Source: Thermoplasmata archaeon (lineage in GTDB: Archaea; Thermoplasmatota; Thermoplasmata; GCA-020350865). Taken from it: DNA of 53,221 nucleotides. Both the position numbers and the translations under genes were made by a program. Below are positions 28,133 through 37,839 of this stretch, piece by piece. The DNA lies in NCBI GenBank assembly GCA_020348445.1, contig CP070751.1:2653355-2706575 (forward strand). Reading direction: 5' to 3'. Each line of letters starts with the position of its first letter. The first letter of the stretch is position 1. The notes below the pieces were generated by a model that was given only the letters and a program-made list of their open reading frames with translations, made no database searches and was not told where the DNA came from.

Positions 28133-29845
28133 ATGAGAAGAGAGATAACTGGCTGTATCATATGTGCTATGATTATTGGTGCCATACTGATGATAGAAGT
28201 GCCAGAGGGTGTAAGTGCACAGATAACTGAAGAATGGGTGGCAAGGTATAATAGTCCTGGCAATTATTCTGATCGGGCAACTGACATCGCTGTTGACTCC
28301 TCAGGAAATGTTTATGTTATCGGTGGTTGTGTTCATCCAACCTGGGACGAATCAGATTATATTACAATAAAATACGATTCCTCAGGAAATGAGCTGTGGG
28401 TGCGAAGATATAATGGACCGGGGAATGAGCATGATATTGCCTTTGACTTGGTTCTGGACTCATACGAAAATGTGATTGTAACTGGAAGAAGTCATAATGG
28501 TACCACAGATTTGGACTATACAACAATTAAGTATGACCCTTTAGGTAACGAGCTTTGGATTGCGAAATATAACAGTCCAGATAATTACGATGATCAGGCC
28601 TTTGCAATTGCCATCGACTCCTCTGATAATGTTTATGTGACTGGAAAAAGTAATAGATATTTTTATTTTCCTGGTGGTTTTCATTCTCATTATGATTATA
28701 CAACTGTTGCCTATGACTCTTTGGGCAACGAGCTCTGGGTGGCTAGATACAATGGCCCTATTGATGATGGTTGGGACGAAGCAACTGCCATTGCAGTTGA
28801 CGATTTATCTGGAGATATTTATGTGACTGGTCAAAGCGAAGGCAATGGAACAAAATACGATTATGCTACAATTAAATATGATGCATCTGGCAACGAGCTC
28901 TGGGCGGCAAGATACAATGGTCCTGGTAACTATGTTGACCTCGCTAAATCACTAATAATCGATGCATCGGGTAATGTATTCGTGACCGGAAGAAGTGATG
29001 GGGGCTCAACAAATTATGACTATGCAACCATAAAGTATGATCCACTAGGCAATGAAATGTGGGTTCAAAGGTATAATGGCCCTGGAGATGGGAGCGATAG
29101 AGCCTATTCAATAGCTTTAGATTCATTGGGAAATATATTTGTTACTGGCGGAAGTGATGGTGGTGTAACAAATCAGGATTTTGCTACATTGAAGTATGAT
29201 TCAGATGGTAATGAACTTTGGGTAGCACGATATGAGGGACCTGGAAATTCTAGTGAATGGACCCAGGATATAGCAATAGACTCTTTGAACAATATTTATG
29301 TAACCGGTTATAGTGGAATAAACCCCAACTATGATATTACAACACTTAAATATGACTCATCAGGTAATCAACTCTGGATTGCGACATATAACGGCCCGGG
29401 AAATGACTGGGATATGGGAAGGGCATTGTATGTTGACGTATCTGGAAATGTATATGTGACAGGCTACAGTACCGGAATAGGAACAGAACATGACATGACT
29501 ACAATAAAATATTCCTATCAAGAACCAAAACCCGAGCCAACAATTGACATTGATCCCGATACTTTAAACCTCAAATCCAAGGGCAGGTGGATTACCGCTT
29601 ATATTACCCTCAATAGTCCATATGAAGTCGACGACATCGATATCAGTACGGTGATATTGGAGGACACAGTCCAAGCAGAATGGGGAGACATACAAAACGA
29701 TACTCTAATGGTTAAATTTGATAGAAGCGAAGCGGAGGATATGCTGTCACCAGGGACTTACAATCTGAAGGTTACTGGAAAGTTGACTGATGGAACTGAG
29801 TTTGAAGGATACAGTGACGAGATGAGGGTGATTGAACCTCCATAA
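28133..29845 (+). CDS. Secreted beta-propeller (SBBP-like repeat) protein, paralog 2
   Basis: Co-linear and highly similar to paralog 1, including the upstream 60 bp; C-terminal NLKSKG module. Confidence 0.85.
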   Translation: MRREITGCIICAMIIGAILMIEVPEGVSAQITEEWVARYNSPGNYSDRATDIAVDSSGNVYVIGGCVHPTWDESDYITIKYDSSGNELWVRRYNGPGNEHDIAFDLVLDSYENVIVTGRSHNGTTDLDYTTIKYDPLGNELWIAKYNSPDNYDDQAFAIAIDSSDNVYVTGKSNRYFYFPGGFHSHYDYTTVAYDSLGNELWVARYNGPIDDGWDEATAIAVDDLSGDIYVTGQSEGNGTKYDYATIKYDASGNELWAARYNGPGNYVDLAKSLIIDASGNVFVTGRSDGGSTNYDYATIKYDPLGNEMWVQRYNGPGDGSDRAYSIALDSLGNIFVTGGSDGGVTNQDFATLKYDSDGNELWVARYEGPGNSSEWTQDIAIDSLNNIYVTGYSGINPNYDITTLKYDSSGNQLWIATYNGPGNDWDMGRALYVDVSGNVYVTGYSTGIGTEHDMTTIKYSYQEPKPEPTIDIDPDTLNLKSKGRWITAYITLNSPYEVDDIDISTVILEDTVQAEWGDIQNDTLMVKFDRSEAEDMLSPGTYNLKVTGKLTDGTEFEGYSDEMRVIEPP

Positions 29846-29936
29846 TAAAGGATTACATCTTTAATAATCCAGGCTTTTTCAGAAGGTCTTATATGCTTTT
29901 AACTCCATTTATATTTCATGAGAGAGGGGGGCAAGT

Positions 29937-31625
29937 ATGATAAGAAAGATAATTTGCAGTATCATATGTGCTTTGATTATTGGTGCTATACTGATGATAG
30001 AAGTGCCAGAGGGTGTAAGCGCTCAGGTAACTGAGGAATGGGTTGCCACATACAATAGTCCTGGAAATTATTATGATTGGGCAAATGACATCGCTGTCGA
30101 CTCGTCAGGAAATGTTTATGTTACTGGTGGATGTGTTCATCCAACCTGGGACGAATCAGATTGTATTACAATAAAATACGATTCTTCTGGAAATGAACTT
30201 TGGGTGCGAAGATACAATGGACCAGCAAATAAAAGTGACTATGGTTCAGCCTTAGCTCTGGACCAATACGAAAATGTGATTATAACTGGGAGAAGTGAGG
30301 GCTATTATAGTACAATAGATGATTATGTCACAATTAAATATGATCCATATGGTAATGAACTATGGGTTGCGAAATATAACGGACCAGGGAATTGTACAGA
30401 TCAAGCCTTAGCAATTGCGGTTGACTCCTCGACAAACGTATATGTTACTGGAGAAAGCGTGGGTATTGGAACAGAGGAGGACTTTGCTACAGTAGCCTAT
30501 GACTCATTAGGCAACGAACTTTGGGTTGCTAGATACAATGGACCTGGAAATGATAGTGATTGGGCGCGGGCAATTGCGGTAGATTCAAATAAAAATGTAT
30601 ATGTGACTGGCTGGAGCGAAGGTAATGGAACAAATCAGGATTTTGCTACTATTAAATACGATGCATTTGGCAATCAACTCTGGGCGGTGAGATATAATGG
30701 TCCTGTAAATGATATTGATTATGCTAAGTCGTTAGTAATCGACTCTTTTGGTAATGTATTCGTGACTGGGCATAGTGATGGCGGCTCAACAAAATACGAC
30801 TTAGCAACTATAAAATACGACCGATTAGGCAATGAAATGTGGGTTCAAAGATATAATAGTCCTGGAAATGGGAATGATGCGTCTGATACGATAATTTTAG
30901 ATTCATTGGGAAATGTATATGTTACTGGCACTAGTTATGATGGTTTAACAAATGGGGATTATGCAACATTGAAGTATGATTCAGATGGTAATGAAATCTG
31001 GGTTGCTAGATATAATGGACCTGGAAATTCTAGGGAATTGGCCCGGGATATGACAATAGACTCTCTGGGCAATATCTATGTAACTGGTCGTAGTGGAATA
31101 TTCCCCAACCATGACATTGCCACAGTTAAATATGATGCATCTGGAAATCAGTTATGGGTTGCAACTTATAGCAGTTCTGGAAATGACTGGGATATGGCTA
31201 AGGCGATAACATTGGATTCTTTAAATAATGTATATGTAACAGGATACAGCACCAGCAATCTAAAAGATAATGACTTTGTCACAATAAAATATTCTCAACA
31301 AGAAATACCTCCTCAGGTAACAATCGATATTGATCCAGACACTCTAAACCTTAAATCCAAGGGAAGATGGATCACCGCGTATATTACCCTCAATAGTCCA
31401 TATGAAGTCGACGAAATAGACATAAACACTATGACATTGGAGGACACAATCCCAGCAGAATGGGGAGACATCCAAAACGATACTCTAATGGTCAAGTTCG
31501 ATAGAAGCGAAGTGGAGGATATGCTGTCACCAGGGACTTACAATCTGAAGGTTACTGGAAAGTTGACTGATGGAACTGAGTTTGAAGGATATAGCGATGA
31601 GATAAGGGTGATTGAACCACAGTAA
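29937..31625 (+). CDS. Secreted beta-propeller (SBBP-like repeat) protein, paralog 3
   Basis: Same repeats, same promoter/SD block and same C-terminal module. The YFYFPGG..SH insert of paralogs 1 and 2 is absent. Confidence 0.85.
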   Translation: MIRKIICSIICALIIGAILMIEVPEGVSAQVTEEWVATYNSPGNYYDWANDIAVDSSGNVYVTGGCVHPTWDESDCITIKYDSSGNELWVRRYNGPANKSDYGSALALDQYENVIITGRSEGYYSTIDDYVTIKYDPYGNELWVAKYNGPGNCTDQALAIAVDSSTNVYVTGESVGIGTEEDFATVAYDSLGNELWVARYNGPGNDSDWARAIAVDSNKNVYVTGWSEGNGTNQDFATIKYDAFGNQLWAVRYNGPVNDIDYAKSLVIDSFGNVFVTGHSDGGSTKYDLATIKYDRLGNEMWVQRYNSPGNGNDASDTIILDSLGNVYVTGTSYDGLTNGDYATLKYDSDGNEIWVARYNGPGNSRELARDMTIDSLGNIYVTGRSGIFPNHDIATVKYDASGNQLWVATYSSSGNDWDMAKAITLDSLNNVYVTGYSTSNLKDNDFVTIKYSQQEIPPQVTIDIDPDTLNLKSKGRWITAYITLNSPYEVDEIDINTMTLEDTIPAEWGDIQNDTLMVKFDRSEVEDMLSPGTYNLKVTGKLTDGTEFEGYSDEIRVIEPQ

Positions 31626-31663
31626 CCTTATATGTAGTTATTTTCGACAAACCAATTCTTTTA

Positions 31664-32992
31664 TTATTTTCTTAACGCGCTCGCATCAATCCCAGTATGA
31701 AGGCTCATTCTCGGCCTCACCCTCACCATCTCGATTTTTCTTGTCTTGTCGTCAAATAAAACCGCCAGACCGCGTTTGAATTCCATTGTTGAAACGATTT
31801 TCTGGATGTCCTTGCTACCTGACATAAAAGACTGTTTTGCCTTTCCAAGTGCTGCGATATCATCGTTTGCTGTAACGTTATGGGCGAGAATAATATCTGA
31901 TTGTCGAAACGCAGTCTCGTGCAATGCCGAGGGCTCTTGAGTTGCCATTATCAATGATAGTCCTGGATGCCTGCCCAGTTTAATCCAGTCAATGAGAACA
32001 TCTGATGCCAGCGTTTTCTGAGAGGCAGGTAAAAATAGATGAGCCTCATCAATGACCATGTAAACAAGCGGGTGATCCTTTCCAATGTTTGACCTATCAT
32101 CAAGTTGAATGAGATGTGCCTGGGCTTGCATCTCCAATGTGGTGTAAAGCGTTCTCTCACTAAGGAGCCTCCTTCCGAGAACACCTAAAATCAGATTTCT
32201 CACATCAAATCCCCCGATCCTGCCAAGGTAGCTTATATCTAAAACACTGATTGTACCGCCCTTTACGATCTCTTCAAAAGGCGTTCCATGCCTGTCAAAA
32301 ACCTTTAATTCCTCTATCATCCTAAACAGATTTAAAAGAGAATTTTTAACATTCTCATCAGCTTTCTCTTGTTCCATGGTTTTATAGATTTCTTCGTATC
32401 CAAAGGCCTCTTTCTTTCCAAGAAGGCTATCTATTACCCTAACAAGTAGTACACCCACAGGTTCAGTGGGTTTAAGGTCTAAAAGAGAGAGCCAATCGTG
32501 AACATTGATTTCCGAAAGAGGAAGTACAAGAACCTCGTCAAAATCCAGCTCTTTCCCCTCTTCTTTGACTTTTTCAATGGCAAGCTTTGGAAGAAAGACC
32601 TTGACAAATTCTCGAAAATCTCTTGGGGAAAGTTCTTTGAAATCTCCGAGTCTTTTATTTTCATCTAAATTTGTGTTGGGGCTTTTTAAGCTGTGAAATA
32701 CGCTCATGGTGTCAAATATTAATACGGCAATTCTTTCCCTAATATCAGTATCGAGCATGCCGAATCCTTCGGCCAACACGCTCAAGGTATAGGATTTACC
32801 AGTTCCCCTTTTACCAACCACGAGCATACAATGGGGTGAGGAGATATCCAGATATACTGAGCCACTCTCTTCGTATCTTCCCGCAGGATAGGTAACGATT
32901 TTTCCAAGATAGCAGCAGCCCTGATTTCCAACCTTTTTAACTAGGGATTCTTCCCTACCAAATATCTCTTCTCTTGTCATGTGTCTCACCAT
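31664..32992 (-). CDS. HerA/FtsK/VirB4-superfamily (DUF87-like) ATPase
   Basis: Walker A GKRGTGKS, FDTM, Walker B MVIDEAH, GRHPGLSLIMATQEP, RVRPR arginine-finger region. Confidence 0.85.
   Translation of the reverse strand: MVRHMTREEIFGREESLVKKVGNQGCCYLGKIVTYPAGRYEESGSVYLDISSPHCMLVVGKRGTGKSYTLSVLAEGFGMLDTDIRERIAVLIFDTMSVFHSLKSPNTNLDENKRLGDFKELSPRDFREFVKVFLPKLAIEKVKEEGKELDFDEVLVLPLSEINVHDWLSLLDLKPTEPVGVLLVRVIDSLLGKKEAFGYEEIYKTMEQEKADENVKNSLLNLFRMIEELKVFDRHGTPFEEIVKGGTISVLDISYLGRIGGFDVRNLILGVLGRRLLSERTLYTTLEMQAQAHLIQLDDRSNIGKDHPLVYMVIDEAHLFLPASQKTLASDVLIDWIKLGRHPGLSLIMATQEPSALHETAFRQSDIILAHNVTANDDIAALGKAKQSFMSGSKDIQKIVSTMEFKRGLAVLFDDKTRKIEMVRVRPRMSLHTGIDASALRK
31667..31724. repeat. Direct repeat R (functional 3' end of the HerA-like ATPase gene)
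   Basis: Partner of 23965-24022, offset 7702 bp. Confidence 0.9.
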
Positions 32993-32997
32993 TTCTT

Positions 32998-35097
32998 CTA
33001 ACCTATTAAAAATTGCCCTCCGATAAGGGCGATTGTATAAACAACCACAGCCATAGGAACCCCCACTCCAATAGAATGCTTAAATTCGATTTTATCTTCC
33101 CCATGTTCTATGCCAACAGAGAAGTAGACAGTTACAATTACCATTAAAATTAAATAGATGCCTATCACCATGAAGAAAAGGTCATTTGAAAGCAGTTGGG
33201 TTGACCCTGGAAGCATTGAAAATTCTTTTGAGAGCATTACGTACAAAGATGCCGTAATTCCCATCACCAAGGGTGTAAAGAGTACACCTGTGGATTTCAT
33301 CATCTGGACAGTTTGATTTAAGCTGGTTTTGATGTCGTGCTCCACCTTCTTTAAGTCCCTTAGATAGTTTGAGACATTGATGATTATATTACCAGCACCA
33401 GAAGCATCTTTCTTGGTACTTTCTACCACTGTTTTCATTGCAGCGCATATTGTGCGGGAAGGAAAATCTCTTAAAATGCCAAAATCTTCCCCGAATATTG
33501 CTTCTTCTGGTGTTGAGCGCGTTACAGAAATTGTGTAGGATATCCTTTCAAAAAGCTCTGCTATGGCTGCTCCTTTCATGGAATCTGCCACCTTTCTCAA
33601 GGCGGTTTCTAGAGGCTCCCCCTCGGCTATTCTGCTCCCAAGCTTAAAAAGCGCATCTGGGAATTCCTCCTCCATTTTCTTGATCTCATCCTTTCGCTTT
33701 TTTTGTGATCTTGAGGTTGCTAGGGAAAAATAGCCTATGGCAAAACCGATGCCCAACAATATCGGGACAGATCCCAAAATAGTTCCAAAATCCCCCAGGT
33801 ACTCTCTCAGGTATGGTATGCCCAATATCCCAAATCCCACTCCTAAGAATATGGAGACCAGGACAATGGCTCTCACATTTTTAGTGGTAAGTTCGGATTT
33901 CACATCTGGAGGAGTTGCAGTGCCTGGGCGTTTTCCTAAAATATGATAGGCATAGGCGAATGCAACGAAGGGGAATACAAAATCCATAAGCAGTATGATT
34001 ATAAGGGCTCCTCCAAAGTCCGGGGACTTTTCGGACGAGGAAACGGTCGTTGTCTCTAAAGCAGGTCCAGTGGGCACCTGCAATGCCATAAGTGGCAGCA
34101 TGGCACCAATTATCATAGGCAGCAGTATGCCCAGTGCAAAGAGCACAGTTGTGGGAGCCTGCAACGTGGATGCAAAGTTCTCTATATTTCTCTTTGTTCC
34201 TTCCAGCACCATCTCTGTAGCCTTATCAAGTATTCTCGCCCTGCCTTCTTCTGTTCTCTCCAAAGTCGAGCTTCTAATTGCATAAAGCGAGCGTTTGAAG
34301 TCCTCGTTTATCTCGCCCCATTCATATGCAAAAGCCAAAAACGATTCTTCTACACTGTCGTACTCGCGCAAATAGATGTTCCAAAGAACCTTTTTAAGGC
34401 CCGAGGCAATGGGCTCATCCGAGCTTTCAGAAGCAAATGCAATGGCCTTGGTCAGTGAGGGGGACAGGCGCATTGACATAACCAAATAATTTACGGCTTC
34501 GGGAGACCTGCCAAGCGACTTCGTTTTTACTCTATTGGCCAGGATTTCAGGATATGATGCAACAAAAGCGAAAACCACAAACGGTGTTAAAAGCAGGCCT
34601 GGCACGAGATATAAACCAACTTCGATGGCGCTCATGTTAAGTATAAGCAGCGTAAGAATTATCATCACAATGCCGAAAACCATGAATATGATGGCACAAA
34701 AACCGGCAAAGATCATGGTTTCATGTATTGTGATATCCATGCCCAGGAGTCCCACCGCTTTTGCGAATTTTTCCTGCTTATATATTCTCTCAGCTCTAGC
34801 AAGATCTTTCTCAGCATGCTTTAATTTTGCAGCACTCTTTTTATAATGTTTGTCAGTCTCTTTTTTCTTTTGTTCCACCTTTATAAACTCTTCTTGAGCT
34901 TTGTAATATAGTTCTTCTTTTCTTTTGAATCTTTCCTTTTTTATGGTCTCTATCCTTTCAATTTTTTCAGGTGAGGTGGGGAACAATCTGTTTACGGATT
35001 TGCACCATTTGTAAAAGCGATTCCCATAACCAATTTCCTGTGATTCAGGCTCCCAGCCTTTAAATTCCGAATCAGGCATATTGCGCACTCCTCTCAA
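32998..35097 (-). CDS. TadC/FlaJ-like (T2SS-F) membrane platform protein (likely start ATG 35079)
   Basis: Two cytoplasmic platform domains (PEAVNYLVMSMRLSPSL; EEFPDALFKLGSRIAEGEPLE), each followed by TM bundles. Translationally coupled to the VirB11-like ATPase. Confidence 0.8.
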   Translation of the reverse strand: MRGVRNMPDSEFKGWEPESQEIGYGNRFYKWCKSVNRLFPTSPEKIERIETIKKERFKRKEELYYKAQEEFIKVEQKKKETDKHYKKSAAKLKHAEKDLARAERIYKQEKFAKAVGLLGMDITIHETMIFAGFCAIIFMVFGIVMIILTLLILNMSAIEVGLYLVPGLLLTPFVVFAFVASYPEILANRVKTKSLGRSPEAVNYLVMSMRLSPSLTKAIAFASESSDEPIASGLKKVLWNIYLREYDSVEESFLAFAYEWGEINEDFKRSLYAIRSSTLERTEEGRARILDKATEMVLEGTKRNIENFASTLQAPTTVLFALGILLPMIIGAMLPLMALQVPTGPALETTTVSSSEKSPDFGGALIIILLMDFVFPFVAFAYAYHILGKRPGTATPPDVKSELTTKNVRAIVLVSIFLGVGFGILGIPYLREYLGDFGTILGSVPILLGIGFAIGYFSLATSRSQKKRKDEIKKMEEEFPDALFKLGSRIAEGEPLETALRKVADSMKGAAIAELFERISYTISVTRSTPEEAIFGEDFGILRDFPSRTICAAMKTVVESTKKDASGAGNIIINVSNYLRDLKKVEHDIKTSLNQTVQMMKSTGVLFTPLVMGITASLYVMLSKEFSMLPGSTQLLSNDLFFMVIGIYLILMVIVTVYFSVGIEHGEDKIEFKHSIGVGVPMAVVVYTIALIGGQFLIG

Positions 35098-37030
35098 ACC
35101 ACTTAGTCCAGTCTTCCATCAATTTTTTGTTTTCAATCTTTGCTTTGATTCTGTGTCTTTCGATAAGATTCCAAAATGTACTGTTGGACTTGGAGACCCA
35201 TTCTGCTGAGAGGAGCTGGGGTTTGTTATGATCCCTTGAATAATCAACCATCATCTGCCTGTATTTGGCTCTGATTTGAATGTTCTCTATGCATTCTTCC
35301 AATGACATATTCCAGGAAGCTGCTATGGTTCCAATTCTCTCTGAGCGATAGTTAAAAGAATCAGTTTCTTTAAGTCTATCCTCGTTTACATCGTAGGACA
35401 TGAGATCAGAGAACATGTTGTCTTCATTCTCATTCTTTCTTACCTCGGCTATCTGGAGTAAAGACCTCTTTTGTCTTTGACTACCACCTGGTCGAACCAG
35501 TCCGCAAACGATTATGATATCTGTGGCAAGGAAGGATTTTGGAGGGATATGCATGTCGTGCACCACCCTTTGATACACTGATTTGGCTGAATCGGCATGA
35601 AAAGTGCCTAACACTGAGCTGCCCGCTGTGCCTGCCCGCATTGCCTCATAGAGGGTTCTGGCCTCCTGCCCTCTTACCTCCCCCATCACAATGGCGGATT
35701 CTCCTAATCTCAATGAAATGCGGAGCGCCTCATCAGCGCTCATCTCGGCCTTTCCGCCGAGGCTGGATTGCACATACATGCTCTGAACCTTGTATCCTAT
35801 TTCCTGCATGCTTAAAACCGGTAATTCCAAAGTATCTTCGATTGTTAGAATGCGCTGGTTATGTGGAAATTCAAACATCAAAGCACCCAAAAGCGAGGTC
35901 TTCCCAGCACCTCGACTACCCACAACGAGCATCGTAGAATTCCCATCAATTAAAAACGATAATAAACCCGCACCCAGGGAGGTGATGGTCCCATTATGGA
36001 TTAGCTTTAACAAAGTCCATGGGTCAGTGGAGTGCCTTCTCAGGGCAATTGCGATTCCATCAGGGCTTAAGGGTTTTCCTATTGCGGTGGCTCTGGCCTT
36101 GTATGCAGATAGGTCGGTTTCCAGAACAGGCATCGCCTCTGAAAAGGGTCTTCCGCTTTCGTACCTGAACCTTGAAAGCAGACTTTCCGCATCATCCTCA
36201 CCTACGCTAACATTAGTTACACATTTTTCAGATAATAGCGGTTCGTTAATACCACCAAGTTTGATATATACCTTATTGTCCCATGGAGAAGCATCGATAT
36301 AGATATCCTGGACATACGAATCCTTTAAAAAAAATTCCACTACTCCGAGTCCTGCTGTGTATTTGGCAAGCACTTCTGAGAGTTTTTTTACATTTTGCAT
36401 CTCCTCTAACCGATTCTTTCCAAGTTCAACTTTATATTTTTTTGCGAGCTGATAAAGTAGTCTATTACCTGACTTTGAAATATATTCTTTTGCCTGTTGT
36501 GGATTGTCTATCTGAATGTTTTTAGGATATTGATCTGAAAGATGTCTTCTTGCCTCATGGATGAGCTTCACCTGGTCCAAAGGAAGTTCGTACTCTATGG
36601 GATTAACATGGTATGAAGATTCCACTTCGTCTGGAAGTTGGAACAAGGTCACAGAACTTCCATCTATCTCATAGCTGGTTATGGCCTTTGCACCCACTTT
36701 TGGATGTGGTGATACCCATGATGACGAAAATCCCGGCCTGATTTTCTTGTTTCTGTCAAACACTCTCTCTATACCCTTTCTGAAAACAGCGATATCGATG
36801 TCCTCTATAGCGTCAAACAGTTCTTCATAAGTTGAGATTCTCTTCCTTTTTTTGAATTCTGTTTCACTAGCCTTTATAGGGCCTTTTTTACTTTTATCGT
36901 TCATGAGTAAGGAGGGTTTCAAGGGTTTATTTGTTGCTTTTCTTTTTCTATTCTTTTTTGGCTTGATGATCTTCTTTTCCTCCTCTTTCTGATTCCTTCG
37001 CGGATTAAGAACCACCCTTTGCTCATCCAT
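35072..37030 (-). CDS. Type II/IV secretion (VirB11/PilB/FlaI-like) ATPase
   Basis: Walker A GSRGAGKTS, Asp box TIEDTLEL, Walker B VMGEVRG, His box GTFHA, and RxRYESGRPFSEAMPVL. Confidence 0.92.
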   Translation of the reverse strand: MDEQRVVLNPRRNQKEEEKKIIKPKKNRKRKATNKPLKPSLLMNDKSKKGPIKASETEFKKRKRISTYEELFDAIEDIDIAVFRKGIERVFDRNKKIRPGFSSSWVSPHPKVGAKAITSYEIDGSSVTLFQLPDEVESSYHVNPIEYELPLDQVKLIHEARRHLSDQYPKNIQIDNPQQAKEYISKSGNRLLYQLAKKYKVELGKNRLEEMQNVKKLSEVLAKYTAGLGVVEFFLKDSYVQDIYIDASPWDNKVYIKLGGINEPLLSEKCVTNVSVGEDDAESLLSRFRYESGRPFSEAMPVLETDLSAYKARATAIGKPLSPDGIAIALRRHSTDPWTLLKLIHNGTITSLGAGLLSFLIDGNSTMLVVGSRGAGKTSLLGALMFEFPHNQRILTIEDTLELPVLSMQEIGYKVQSMYVQSSLGGKAEMSADEALRISLRLGESAIVMGEVRGQEARTLYEAMRAGTAGSSVLGTFHADSAKSVYQRVVHDMHIPPKSFLATDIIIVCGLVRPGGSQRQKRSLLQIAEVRKNENEDNMFSDLMSYDVNEDRLKETDSFNYRSERIGTIAASWNMSLEECIENIQIRAKYRQMMVDYSRDHNKPQLLSAEWVSKSNSTFWNLIERHRIKAKIENKKLMEDWTKWFERSAQYA

Positions 37031-37056
37031 TTATTATTCTCCTCTTTTGGTTATTA

Positions 37057-37665
37057 TTAGATAATTATCTGAAATCCCTTGTAGATCACATAAGCCCTGA
37101 GATTTTCTAGTTTGTTGAACAGGTAGACTAGGTCGCTTTTTGTTGCAGAAATGCACCTTAAACATTCTTCATCTTCATTTTCCTCGATTTTTCCAAGTAA
37201 ATTGTTATATTCTTCATAAAAACCATGTATATCCTTTACATATTGTTCCTTTAACAAAATGAAAACTTTACCTGGACCAAGATCACATTTCTCGCAAGTG
37301 TCTTTTTGCTTATTTTTCAGTGTAGAAGAAAGCGCGGGATTTTGTTTAAAGTATTCATCATAGGGTCTCCTTATGCTCATCTGGTCCAGATCATTTATTA
37401 TCTCAACCATCATCCTTAGCATTTGTATGGATTCATCAGTATATTTTGTCTCAATGTAATGAGAGAGTATCACGTTATCAACGTTGAATTCCTGACAAAA
37501 TCCTTTTAAAATGCCTCTTAGACATGTCCCGTCATTTAACTCCCCACCACCATTACACTCCTTGCAATCCGCCACCATCGTGACCTTATTGGAATCGTAT
37601 TCAAGGCGGTACTTACAAATAATATCTTCATCATCAAATTTGGATTTATCTTTTTTAGACAACAC
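37057..37665 (-). CDS. Cys-rich hypothetical protein, first gene of the pilus-ATPase cluster
   Basis: CKEC...C, CEKC and CLRC motifs; GGGGAGG SD; 26 bp upstream of the ATPase. Confidence 0.7.
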   Translation of the reverse strand: MLSKKDKSKFDDEDIICKYRLEYDSNKVTMVADCKECNGGGELNDGTCLRGILKGFCQEFNVDNVILSHYIETKYTDESIQMLRMMVEIINDLDQMSIRRPYDEYFKQNPALSSTLKNKQKDTCEKCDLGPGKVFILLKEQYVKDIHGFYEEYNNLLGKIEENEDEECLRCISATKSDLVYLFNKLENLRAYVIYKGFQIII

Positions 37666-37839
37666 TTCCTCCCCTTAACTAACAGCGTATACACTTATCA
37701 GAATAAATAGTTTGGGAGGGTTATCAGATATCAGCCCACCAACTTCAGGATTAAATTCTCCACCCCATACCCACCATGATAACAACACGATAAATTATAT
37801 ATATTCTAATGGATTCCCCCTTTAGTAGGGGATGTTACC

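Noticed and set aside
24024-31663. Prophage, transposon or complete integrative element
   Set aside because: No integrase, transposase, replication or virion genes are present. Only the flanking direct repeat is supported.
31664-32992. Calling the ATPase CedB or the DNA-repair HerA
   Set aside because: No CedA-like membrane genes or nurA/mre11/rad50 are adjacent, so only a superfamily-level call is supported.
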